DNA of 64,000 bases from Octopus vulgaris (taxonomy: Eukaryota), in assembly GCA_951406725.2 (NCBI GenBank), contig OX597818.1, forward strand, positions 94,488,001 through 94,552,000, read 5' to 3'. Below the pieces are notes generated by a model. The model was not told where the DNA came from. It saw only the letters and a program-made list of their open reading frames with translations, and made no database searches. A program made the position numbers and the translations under genes. Shown here piece by piece: positions 1 through 14,396 of this stretch (position 1 is the stretch's first letter; each line of letters opens with the position of its first letter).

Positions 1-146
1 ATATATGTATATATGTATATATATGTATATATGTATATATATATATATATGTATATATATGTATATATATATGTGTATGTGTATATATATATATATATGT
101 ATGTATATGTATATATATGTATATATATATGTGTATGTGTATATAT

Positions 147-202
<56 letters not shown>

Positions 203-692
203 GTATATGTATATATGTATATGTATATATATATATGTATATGTATATATATGTATATGTATATATGTATATGTATATATATATATGTATATGTATATAT
301 GTATATGTATATATGTATATGTATATGTATATATATATATGTATATATGTATATGTATATATATGTATATGTATATATGTATATGTATATATGTATATAT
401 ATATATATGTATATGTATATATGTATATGTATATGTATATATATATATGTATATATGTATATGTATATATATATGTATATGTATATATGTATATGTATAT
501 ATATATATATGTATATATATATGTATATATATATATGTATATGTATATATATGTATATATATATATGTATATATATATGTAATATATATATATGTAATAT
601 ATATATATGTAATATATATATATGTAATATATATATATGTATATATGTAATATATATATATGCATATATGTATATATATATATGTATATATG

Positions 693-723
<31 letters not shown>

Positions 724-941
724 GTATATATGTATATATATATATGTATATATATATATGTATATATGTATATATATGTATATATGTATATATATATATA
801 TATGTATATATATATGTATATATGTATATATATATATATGTATATATGTATATATATATGTATATATGTATATATATATATATATATGTATGTATATATA
901 TATGTATGTATATATATATGTGTGTGTATGTATATATGTGT

Positions 942-977
<36 letters not shown>

Positions 978-1425
978 ATATATGTGTGTGTGTGTATATA
1001 TATATGTGTGTATATATATATGTATATATATGTGTATATGTATATGTGTGTATATATATATGTATATATATATGTGTATATGTATATGTGTTTATATATA
1101 TGTATATATATGTGTATATGTATATATGTATATATATGTGTATATGTATATATGTGTATATGTATATGTGTATATATATATGTATGTATATATGTGTATA
1201 TATATATGTATACATATATGTGTATATATATATGTATACATATATGTGTATATATATATGTGTATATATATGTGTATATATATATGTATATATATATGTG
1301 TATATATGTATACATATATGTGTATATATATATATATATATGTGTATATATATATGTTTATATATATGTATATATGTGTATATATATATGTATATATATG
1401 TATGTATATATATATATATATGTAT
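1..1425. repeat. Compound (TA)n/(TATG)n/(TG)n microsatellite array
   Basis: Almost only T, A and G in TA/TG dinucleotide alternation; the Y/I/M/C/V ORFs over it are low-complexity artefacts. Confidence 0.97.
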
Positions 1426-2775
1426 AGAAAGGACAGAAAAGAAAATAGGGAAGGCCAACTCTTGGTATGATAGCCATAAATACCAGAGTGTCATGTTCGT
1501 TGACACCACCCCTGGAGGTGAACTGGCGTACCGCTTTTGAAGGATCCTAGACAAACTTAAGCTAAGGATTAAGGTTGTTGAAAAGCCAGGCAACCCGATC
1601 AAATCTATAATTCGTAGAACCTATCCTTTTAGTAGAATCCCCTGTACGGATAAGTACTGTACTGTGTGTATAACCCACAAACAAACTGTAAAGCCAGAAA
1701 TGTAGTCTATAGGATAAGATGTATAGAAGGACGATTGCAGTAACAAGACAATGACATACGTACGGGAAATACTGTACTAAGACAATGACATACGTACGGG
1801 AAAGTGTATAACCCACAAACAAACTGTAAAGCCAGAAATGTAGTCTATAGGATAAGATGTATAGAAGGACGATGCAGTAACAAGACAATGACATACGTAC
1901 GGGAAACGGCATGAAGCATTGGAGAGCGGGTAAATGAACATTGGAGACAACTCAAGGAAGGTAAAAGCTCATCGATTCTGTACCAACACACCGAACAGGA
2001 ACACGGGGTATCAATAAATAACATAGAAATTAAAATATTCTCCACACATAGAACAGATGCAACAATCAGACAAATTACAGAAGCTACACACATAATAGAA
2101 AATAAACCTAGCCTGAATAGAAAACTAGAATGGAACACTAGCACACACCACAACATATGACGGTAGAGGATCCCAAAAACATAATAAATAGACAGATAAA
2201 TAAACAAATAGAAATAAATAACTATATTATTATTTTTTTTTTTTCTGATTTATTATTATTGTTACTAGTATTGTTGTTATATATACATACATACATACAA
2301 GCATATGTAATGATAATAATAAGTGGATGTAAACACACGAACAAAATAAGAATAAACAAAAACAACAACAACAAAAAGAAATTACATGAACGTATATAAA
2401 CAGAAACAAATATTACAGGCATCCTCCCACACACACACACTAAATAAACATAGACGCACGTAGAGATATAAGCATGCGCAAATGAAGACATACAATAGAA
2501 ATACAAATTGGCTGATGGTTAGTAAGGAGAGACACAAATAAGAAAGAAGAAAACAAAGGACCACTGATGCGGTCACAGGAGTATGACGAAAGAACTCTGG
2601 CCGAAATAAGATTAAGATTAATGTAAAAAATAAATTACACTGAAGCAAAGTAACACCAAATATATAGTGCGTGTGTTTTTATTGGCTAAACTGGCAAAAT
2701 GACCGTTCCAAAAGATAACAATATCTGTTTCAACACACGACTTCACATAAAAAATCTTGCACAACAAATATATAA
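1426..2775 (+). mobile_element. Penelope-like retroelement 3' fragment (disrupted GIY-YIG endonuclease region plus downstream tail)
   Basis: Frames read [14 protein letters not shown]...IKVVE, a Cys-rich linker, then CKARNVVYRIRC...TYVRETA*SIGERVNEH...SILYQH...IRQITEATHI...PSLNRKLEW, the GIY-YIG pattern of Penelope-like elements; stops, frameshifts and an internal duplication are present. Confidence 0.8.
2559..2602 (+). ncRNA. Degenerate type I hammerhead ribozyme remnant
   Basis: gacca-CTGATGC-ggtca-caggagta-tgac-GAAA-gaactc-tggcc: core A9 changed to C, stem II gtca/tgac, imperfect stems I and III; lies in the tail of a Penelope-like fragment. Confidence 0.4.
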
Positions 2776-2778
2776 ACG

Positions 2779-2779
<1 letters not shown>

Positions 2780-2813
<34 letters not shown>

Positions 2814-3180
2814 GTATATATATATGTATATATATGTATATATATATGTATATATATGTATATATGTATGTATATATGTATATATATATGTATATATATA
2901 TATGTATATATATATATGTATATATATATATGTATATATATATGTATATATATTTATGTGTATATATATTTATGTATATATATATATGTGTATATATATT
3001 TATGTATATATATATATATGTATATATATATGTATGTATATATATATGTATGTATATATATATGTATGTATATATATATGTATATATGTATGTATATATG
3101 TATGTATATATATATGTATGTATATGTATATATATATATGTATGTATATATATATGTATGTATATATATATGTATGTATG

Positions 3181-3216
<36 letters not shown>

Positions 3217-3373
3217 TATGTATATATATGTATGTATATATATATATGTATATATGTATGTATATATATATATGTATGTATATATAATGTATATATATAT
3301 GTATATATATATATATATATATATAGATAGATAGATATGTATATATATATATATATAGATAGATATGTATATA

Positions 3374-3423
<50 letters not shown>

Positions 3424-3462
3424 TAGATAGATATGTATATATATATGTATATATATATATAT
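2780..3462. repeat. (TA)n/(TATG)n/(GATA)n microsatellite
   Basis: Simple-sequence composition. Confidence 0.95.
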
Positions 3463-3533
3463 ACTTTGATACTTTGATAGGTTTCGGCCATTATTGGCCC
3501 AGGCCATGTCTAACTTAATAGCACCACCTGGTA
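3463..3533 (-). mobile_element. Very short 3' end of CR1-group LINE family B
   Basis: ttggcccaggccatgtctaacttaatagcaccacctggt is identical to the 3' UTR of the LINE at 44478-46010. Confidence 0.8.
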
Positions 3534-3547
3534 AATATAGATATGTA

Positions 3548-3600
3548 TTTTTTTTTTTGTTTTAGTTCAGAGCTGCGGCCATGCTGATGCACCGCTGTTT
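3548..3600 (-). mobile_element. 3' tail related to CR1-group LINE family A
   Basis: gagctgcggccatgctgatgcaccgc after a T-tract resembles gagctgtggccatgctggggcaccgcc at about 19018-19044. Confidence 0.5.
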
Positions 3601-3807
3601 TGTGCTACACTGTTATTACTAAGCGCCTCCTCTAATATGTGGCACTTCGTGAAGAATGGAGTTTTATATATCTTCCCTCATTTGCACCTCTTGCCGTGAG
3701 GTATGTTCATATATATACGTGTATATATATCTATATATATATACATCTGTATATATGCGTATATATATATGTATATATGTGTATATATATATATGTATAT
3801 ATGTGTA

Positions 3808-5234
3808 TCATCATCATCATCATCATCATCATTTAGCGTCCGTTCTCCATGCTAGCATGGGTTGGACGGTTCAACTGGGGTCTGTGAAGCTGGAAGGCTT
3901 CATCAGGCCCAGTCAGATCTGGCAGTGTTTCTACGGCTGGATGCCCTTCCTAACGCCAACCACTCCGTGAGTGTAGTGGGTGCTTTTTACGTGCCACCCG
4001 CACAGGTGCCAGACAGAGCTGGCAAACGGCCATGGACGGATGGTGCTTTTACGTGTCACCGGCACGGGGGCCAGGCGAGGCTGGCAACGGACACGAACGG
4101 ATGGTGCCTTTACATGCCACCAACACGGGGGCCAGACAGGGCTGGCAAACGGCCACGAACGGATGGTGCTTTTACGTGTCACCGACACGGGGGCCAGACG
4201 GAGCTGGCAAACGGCCACGAACGGATGGTGCTTTTATGTGTCACCGGCACGGGGGCCAGACAGAGCTGGCAAACGGCCACAAACGGATGGTGCTGTTACG
4301 TGTCACCGGCACGGGGGCCAGGCCAGGCTGGCAACGAACACGAACGGATGGTGCTTTTACGTGCCACCGACACGGGGGCCAGACTGGGCTGGCAAACATC
4401 TACGAACGGATGGTGCTTTTACGTGTCACCTGCACGGGGGCCCTGATGTTGATCGACCTCAATTTGGTTTGATCTTGATTTTGACTGTTCTCACTGGTCT
4501 TGCCGGGTTTTCTCACGCACAGCATACCTCCAAAGGTCTCGGTCACTGGTCATTTCCTTGGTGAGACCTAAAGTTCGAAGGTCGTGCTTCACCGCCTCGA
4601 CCCAGGTTTTCTTGGGTCTACCTCTTCCACAGGTCCCCTCAACTGCCAGGGTGTGGAACTTTCGCACACAACTATCTTCAGCCATTCTCATCACATAACC
4701 ATACCAGCGCATACGTCTTTCTTGCACACAACAACTGATGCTTCTTAGGTTCAACTTTTCTCTCAAGGTACTTACACTCTGTCGATTATGAACACTGACG
4801 TTACACATCCATCGGAGCATACTAGCTTCATTTCTTGCGAGCTTACGCAAATCCTCAGCAGTCACAGCCCAAGTTTCACTACCATGTAGCATGGCTGTAT
4901 GTACACATGCATCATGCAGTCTGCCTTTTACTTTGAGCGAGAGGCCTTTTGTCACCAGCAGGGGTAAGAGCTCTCTAAACTTTGCCCAGGCTATTCTTAC
5001 CCCGCTACTGACTTGGTCACCTAGGTAACGAAAACTATCAACTACTTCTAGCTTTTCTCCCTGGAAAGTGACGGAAGTTGGTCTCAGAGCATTTTCAGTG
5101 TTAATTGTTCCTGAGCATCTGCCACATACAAAAACCATCTTCCTAGTTAGCCTTCCTTTGACATTGCTGCACCTCTTATGTGTCCATAGCTTACACTTGG
5201 TGCATCTTATAGAGTTTCTACCTACACCTTTTCT
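3808..5234 (-). mobile_element. 5'-truncated RTE-clade LINE (ORF C-terminus 4491-5234, 3' UTR with tandem array, (GAT)n tail)
   Basis: LEVVDSFRYLG...AMLHGSETW...RRMRWYGYVMRM...GRGRPKKTW is the RTE C-terminal signature; ends in (CAT)n on the + strand at about 3808-3832. Confidence 0.92.
3985..4445 (-). repeat. 61-62 bp tandem repeat (about 7 units) in RTE 3' UTR
   Basis: tggtgc anchor recurs at 4041, 4102, 4164, 4226, 4288, 4349 and 4411. Confidence 0.93.
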
Positions 5235-5357
5235 ATGTATATCTGTGTAAATATGTATATGTATATATGTGTATATATTAATATGTATATATGTGTATAT
5301 ATTTATATATATATGTGTATATATATGTATATGTGTATATATGTTCATCTATATACC

Positions 5358-5627
5358 AAAGCCTTGCGAGTGGATTTGGTAGATGGAAACTGAAAGAAGC
5401 CCGTCGTATATATGTATATATATGCGTGTGTGTGTGTTTGTCCCCCTAGCATTGGTTGACAACCGATGCTGGTGTGTTTATGTCCCTGTTACTTAGCGGT
5501 TCGGCAAAAGAGACCGATAGAATAAGTACTGGGCTTACAAAAGAATAAGTCCCGGGGTCGAGTTGCTTGATTAAAGGCGGTGCTCCAGCATGGCCGCAGT
5601 CAAATGACTGAAACAAGTAATAAAAAA

Positions 5628-5645
<18 letters not shown>
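5358..5645 (+). mobile_element. SINE family 1, 3' part with A-tail
   Basis: gccttgcgagtggatttggtagatggaaactgaaagaagcccgtcg...ggcggtgctccagcatggccgcagtcaaatgactgaaacaagt-(A)n; reverse-complement matches at 40595-40973 and 40980-41437. Confidence 0.85.
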
Positions 5646-5698
<53 letters not shown>

Positions 5699-5799
5699 TA
5701 TATATATTATATATATATTATATATATATATTATATATATTATATATATATATAAATATATACACATATATACATATAAATATATACACATATATATAT

Positions 5800-5975
5800 A
5801 TGTGACAGTCCCGCAAGGGGATTACACCACCGTCGTTTAGCCCTAGGAAACATCGTGGAGCTTTTTAGGTGTTTCGCCAATAAACACTCACAACGCCCGG
5901 TCTGGGAATTGAAACCGCGATCATACAACTATGAGTCCGCTGACCTAACCACTGGGCCACTGCGCCTCCACTATA
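5800..5975 (-). mobile_element. tRNA-derived SINE family 2 head plus part of the 354-bp unit (inverted copy of 6080-6257)
   Basis: Reverse complement reads tagtggaggcgcagtggcccagtggttagg...ggtttcaattcccagacc...aagctccacgatgtttcctagggc...gactgtcacat; roughly 90% identical by eye to 6080-6257. Confidence 0.85.
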
Positions 5976-6079
5976 TATATAATTATTATATATATATATT
6001 AAATATATATATAATATATATGTATTATATATGTATATATATATATGTATATTTATATTCATATATATATATATATATA

Positions 6080-6203
6080 TATAGTGGAGGCGCAGTGGCC
6101 CAGTTGTTAGGTCAGCGTACTCGTAGTTGTAGGATCGCGGTTTCGATTCCCAGACCGGGTGTTGTGAGTGTTTATTGAGCTAAAACACCTAAAAAGCTCC
6201 ACG
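6080..6203 (+). mobile_element. tRNA-derived SINE family 2 head with Pol III A and B boxes
   Basis: A-box-like TGGCCCAGTTGTT and B-box-like GGTTTCGATTCC in tRNA-like spacing, followed by non-tRNA body sequence. Confidence 0.8.
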
Positions 6204-6692
6204 ATGTTTCCTAGGGCTAAACAACGGTGGTGTAATCCCCTTACGGGACTGTCACATTGAGTTGACAGCATACGACCACTATATCGCTCTACCACCACTT
6301 ATGTCACCCTGAGACATTTAGAAATTCAATATTTCTAATTTTGGTGATCAGTAAATAAATTTTACTGAAAATATGATATAGTTGCAAAGAGGTTGCAGTC
6401 ATCTCAGTGAGCGAGACTGACTACCCTGAACTGATGATGAGAAATAGACTCAGAAACATATGTCTTCAGGTGCTTAGTCCAAGTTGTCGGGGGTGATTGC
6501 CTTCCCTTTGCAAATATAAGGACACAGAAAATGTGTCAAAGCGGACAGGAGATGTCGATGTTTCCTAGGGCTAAATGGCGGTGGTGTAATTCACTTACGG
6601 GACTGTCACATTGAGTTGACAGTATACGACCACTATATCACTTCACCACCGCTTATGTCTCTCTGAGACATTTAGAAATTCGATATTTCTAA
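6202..6692 (+). mobile_element. 354-bp hammerhead-containing repeat, about 1.4 tandem copies (retrozyme or Penelope pLTR-like)
   Basis: 6202-6338 is repeated at 6556-6692 (offset 354, diverged); contains the HHR at 6425-6470; no ORF. Confidence 0.75.
6425..6470 (+). ncRNA. Minimal type I hammerhead ribozyme (predicted GUC cleavage after C6464)
   Basis: cctgaa-CTGATGA-tgag-aaataga-ctca-GAAA-c-atat-g-TC-ttcagg: stem I cctgaa/ttcagg, stem II tgag/ctca, palindromic stem III ACATATGT, complete catalytic core. Confidence 0.85.
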
Positions 6693-6849
6693 ATATATAT
6701 ATATATATATGTAATAATAAATCTCTGAACGAGGTATACCGATAGGGCACAGAAAGTGTGTCAATAGCCAGCTGGAGATGTTCTCCTGGGGCTACAAGCT
6801 ACAGTAACATCCACACTTAGTGGTTAGCCATATTTAGATGGCAAATATA

Positions 6850-7167
6850 CTTATATATATGTGTATATACATATATATATAAAAATATATATATATATAT
6901 ATATGTGTGTATATATATATGTATATGTGTGTATATATTTATATGTATATCTGTGTAAATATGTATATGTATATATGTGTATATATTTATATGTATATAT
7001 GTGTATATGTATGTATATGTGTATATGTATGTATATGTGTATATATTTATATGTATATGTGTATATATATGTGTATGTATATGTGTATTATGTATATGTG
7101 TATATGTATATATGTATAGCTATATATATGTATATATGTATATATATAGCTAAATATGTATATATAT

Positions 7168-7200
<33 letters not shown>

Positions 7201-7242
7201 GTATACTTATATACATATATATATGTATATATATAGTATACT

Positions 7243-7273
<31 letters not shown>

Positions 7274-7376
7274 GTGTGTATATATGTGTGTGTATACGTA
7301 TGTATATAAATATATATGTATGTATATAAATATATATGTACATATATATGTATCTATTTAAATACATATATGCATG

Positions 7377-7407
<31 letters not shown>

Positions 7408-8085
7408 ACTATATATATATATGTAAATGTATGTATTTAAATATATATATCGATGTATATGTATGAATATATGAATATTATGTATATACATATGTATATG
7501 GATGTATATATATATATGTATATAGATATTCATGTGTATATGTATATAGATATATACGTGTATATACATATATGTATGTTTATAGTTATGTATGTATATA
7601 TATATGTATATATATATATATATGAATATTATGTATATACATATCTATGTATGTATATATATATGTACATGTATGTATATATATGTGTATGCATATAAAT
7701 ATATGTATGTATATGTAAGTATGTATACATATATATATATGTGTATATATATATAAATATGTGTATATATATGTGTGTGTGTGTGCATGTATGTATATAT
7801 CCATGTGTATGTATGTATATATACGCATACGTGTGTGTATATATATGTGTATATACACGTATATGTATGTGTATATATATATGCATATATATATGTGTAT
7901 GTATATATATACATACATATAAGTATATATATATGTGTGTATGTATATATATATACATACATATAAGTATATATATATGTGTGCACACATATATATATAT
8001 ATACATGCATATATATATATGTATACATATATATATATATAAACATTCATATATGTATATATGTGTGTGTATGTATGCATGTATG
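6850..8085. repeat. Degenerate (TA)/(TG)/(CA) microsatellite
   Basis: Simple-sequence composition. Confidence 0.9.
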
Positions 8086-8104
8086 AGTGACTGAATGAAT
8101 TTTC

Positions 8105-8249
8105 TAACATTAGGAAGGGCATCCAGCTGTAGAAACACTGTCACACCAAACTGGAGCCTGGTGCAGCCTTCTGGCTTCGCTGATCCTCGGTCGAACCGTC
8201 CAACCCATGGTAGCATGGAGAACGGACGTTAAACGATGATGATGATGAT
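8105..8249 (+). mobile_element. RTE 3' tail fragment
   Basis: ttaggaagggcatccagctgtagaaac...ccaacccatggtagcatggagaacggacgttaaac(gat)n. Confidence 0.85.
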
Positions 8250-8284
8250 ATACTTTTAACTGTGCTAGTATATCTTAATATCAG

Positions 8285-9818
8285 ATTAATGTTTAACAGT
8301 AAAGCATTTCACATTGTTAGGTGGATAGGTTTGGTTCTCTAGTACAAGTTGGTTACAAATTTTAGCATTGGGGATTCCTTGCATTTATATCTGCTGAAGG
8401 CCACTGTGTATGCATATAAACGATAATGATGATGATGTATTATGTATTTGTGTATGTGCATAGTTCACACATGTATGTATATATATATCTTATTAGGCCC
8501 TGAAAATCCGCAGAGACCAACTCCCACCACATCCCAGGGAGAAAAACTAGAAATAGTTGATAGCTTCTGTTACCTAGGTGACCAAGTCATTAGTGGCGGC
8601 AGGTATGTTGAAAGTGTAACTGCTAGAGTAAGAATAGCCTGGGCAAAGTTCAGAGAGCTCTTACCTCTGCTGGTGACAAAAGGCCTCTTGCTCAGAGTAA
8701 AAGGCAGACTGTATGACGCATGTGTATGAACAGCCATGCTACATGGCAGTGAAACATGGGCCATGACTGCTGAGGATATGCGTAAGCTCGCAAGAAATGA
8801 AGCCAGTATGCTCCGATGGATGTGTAATGTCAGTGTTCATACTCGACAGAGTGTCAGTACCTTGAGAGAAAAGTTGAACCTAAGAAGCATCAGTTGTGAT
8901 GTGCAAGAGAGACGTTTGTGCTGGTATGGTCATGTGGCGAGAATGGATGAAGATAGTTGTGTGAAAAAGTGCTACACCCTGGCGGTTGAGGGAACCTGTG
9001 GAAGAGGTAGACCCAGGAAAACCTGGGACAAGGTGGTAAAGCACGACCTTCGAACTTTAGGTCTCACCGAGGAAATGACTAGAGACCGAGACCTATGGAA
9101 GTATGCTGTGCGTGAGAAGACCCAGCAGGACAAGTGAGACCATAACCCGTGGCCTCTACCTGGGATGTAGCCAGTCCACATATGGATGCCTTTCCTTCTT
9201 GGGACACAAAACTCTACTTGTGAAGATCTGTTGAGGCAAGTAAAAATCAAAATCGAAATCGATCAACATCAATGGAAATTGTAGCTGTGATACCAGTGCC
9301 GGTGGCACATAAGAGAACCATCCGAATGCGGCCGTTGCCAGCGCCGCCCCGACTGGCCTCCGTGGCGGTGGCACGTAAAAAGCACCATCCGATCGTGGTC
9401 GTCTGCCAGCCTCGTCTGGCACCTGTGCCGGTGGCATGTAAAAAGCACCCACTACACTTACGGAGTGGTTGGTGTTAGGAAGGCCATCCAACCGTAGAAA
9501 CATTGCCAGATCAGACTGGGCCTGGTGCAGCCTTCTGACTTCCCAGACCCCAGTTGAACTCTCCAACCCATGCTAGCCTGGAAAGCGGACACTAAATGAT
9601 GATGATGATGTATTATGTATTTGTGTATGTGCATAGTTCACACATGTATGTATATATATATATCTTGTGAGGCCCTGAAGATTTAGTTGCTTTGATCATA
9701 AAATAAAAGTACTCCCTCACCAAGGAATCCCTAATGCTAAAATTTGTAACCCACCTATACCATAGAACCAACACCTATCCACCAAACAAAGCAAAATACT
9801 TTACTCTTAAACCTTAAT
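8285..9818. repeat. Old inverted repeat of about 97 bp (8285-8381 and 9721-9818), MITE-like, enclosing an RTE insertion
   Basis: ggtggataggtttggttct...ggttacaaattttagcattggggattccttg is complementary to caaggaatccctaatgctaaaatttgtaacc...agaaccaacacctatccacc, with scattered mismatches. Confidence 0.7.
8495..9610 (+). mobile_element. 5'-truncated RTE-clade LINE (ORF C-terminus with a premature stop, 3' UTR, (GAT)n tail)
   Basis: QGEKLEIVDSFCYLG...GRLYDACV*TAMLHGSETW...GRGRPRKTW...REKTQQDK; same family as 3808-5234 in the opposite orientation. Confidence 0.92.
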
Positions 9819-10131
9819 TTCTTTTTTATGCAAGAATATGTATATTCTTGTAAGTATGTGAGTGTTTATATATGCAAAATGCATGCATTATTTTAAACAC
9901 ATGCATTTTCATGTGTAAGCCTGTTTACATGCAAAGACACACATCATGTAGAATGCATAATAGAAATTGTGCATATATGTGTGCATATATGTCAACATAT
10001 AAAGAATGTGTGTACATATATTTCCATATGGAAATATGTGTATGTACACAAGCAAATGTATATAAGTATATATATATACTTGAACGGTTTTAAACATGTG
10101 CACACACAAGGATATGTTTGCATGTGTGTGC

Positions 10132-10170
<39 letters not shown>

Positions 10171-10449
10171 CATATACATATATGTTAGGGCATATATGTG
10201 TATATGGGTATGGTGGAGTGCTTTAATATTTATTTTTTTACACATGCATGGAATATGAGTGTTTAACAATGATAATGATATTTCTGGATATGTATGAATT
10301 CATATTAATGTTTTAAATTCATAATGTGTGCATAAACATATGTACGTCATGTATTTGTATATGTGTATGTATAAGCACACATGTATATATACTTATATGC
10401 ATTTATATGTATGTATTATGTATTTGTGTATGTGCTTAGTTCACACATG

Positions 10450-12965
<2,516 letters not shown>

Positions 12966-12966
12966 A

Positions 12967-13098
12967 TGGGCATCCAGCCGTAGAAACACTGCCAGATTTG
13001 ACTGGGCCTGATGAAGCCTTCTGGCTTCACAGACCCCAGTAGAACCGTCCAACCCATGCTAGCATGGAAAACGGACGCTAAACGATGATGATGATGAT
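12967..13098 (+). mobile_element. RTE 3' tail fragment
   Basis: gggcatccagccgtagaaacactgccag...catgctagcatggaaaacggacgctaaac(gat)n. Confidence 0.85.
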
Positions 13099-13440
13099 AT
13101 ATAGGTATATATATGATATATATAGGTATATATATATAATATATATAGGTATATATATGATATATAGATAGGTATTTATATGATATATAGATAGGTATTT
13201 ATATGATATATAGATAGGTATATATATGATATATAGATAGGTATATATATGATATATAGATAGGTATATATATGATATATATATAGGTATATATATGATA
13301 TATATATATATAAGCATATATATAGGTATATATATGATATATATATATAAGCATACATATGATTGATATATATATATATATATATATATATGTGTATATA
13401 TGATATATATATATATGTGTATATATGATATATATATATG

Positions 13441-13491
<51 letters not shown>

Positions 13492-13562
13492 GAGATATAT
13501 ATATTTATATATATAAATATATGTATATAAATATATATGTATATTATATACATATATATATA

Positions 13563-14330
13563 CATCATCATCATCATTTGATATCCATTTTCCATGCTAG
13601 CATGGGTTGGACAGTTCGACCGGGATCTGGGAAGCCAGAAGGCTGCACCAGGCCCCAGTCTGATCTGGCAGTGTTCTACAGCTGGATGCCCTTCCTAAGC
13701 GCCAACCGCTCCGTGAGTGTAGTGGGTGCTTTATACGTGTCAGGCGAGGCTGGCAATGGCCACGATCGGATTGGTGCTTTTTACGTGCCACCGGCACGGA
13801 AGCCAGTCGAGGCGGCGCTGGCATCGGCCATGTTCGGATGGTGCTTTTTACGTGCCACCGGCACAGGGATCACAATTGCTGTTTCCATTGATTTTTGATG
13901 TTGGTATACTTGATTCAATGGATCTCCTCAAGCGCAGGTTTGTAACAATGTTTCTTTACTTGCCACCTGCACAGGAGTCGGTCCAGCGGCCCTGGCAACT
14001 GCCTGGTGCCAGTCATAGGATTGGTTCAGTTTTGATTCCGATTTCACTTGCCCCAACAGGTCTTCACAAGCAGAGTTTAGTGTCCAATGAAGGGAGGTTG
14101 GAATGGGTAGCTGTCGTCGGATGAGGTTCGATTTCGAATTCGATTCCGACTTTGCTTGCCTCAACAGGTCTTCTTGTGTCCAAGGAAGGAAAGGCATGCA
14201 TAAGTGGGCTGGCTACATCCCTGGCAAGGGACACATGATGGACTCACTTGTCCTGCCGGGTCTTCTCACATACAGCATATTTCCAAAGGTCTCGGTCACT
14301 AGTCATTGCCTTGGTGAGGCCTAAAGTTTG
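13563..14330 (-). mobile_element. RTE 3' end (ORF stop region plus 3' UTR)
   Basis: (CAT)n tail at 13563; ccaaaggtctcggtcactagtcattgccttggtgaggcctaaagt matches the RTE ORF end. Confidence 0.85.
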
Positions 14331-14396
14331 ATATATGTATATAAATAATATATATATATATGTATATTATATACATATATATACACCGCCTACATT

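Noticed and set aside
3862-4564. Repetitive ORFs over the RTE 3' UTR array (also 25338-26348)
   Set aside because: Antisense readings of a GC-rich tandem repeat, open in all frames.
6083-6160. Possible tRNA gene (also 5895-5972 and 36890-36970)
   Set aside because: A and B boxes are present but there is no clean cloverleaf, and the sequence continues into SINE body.
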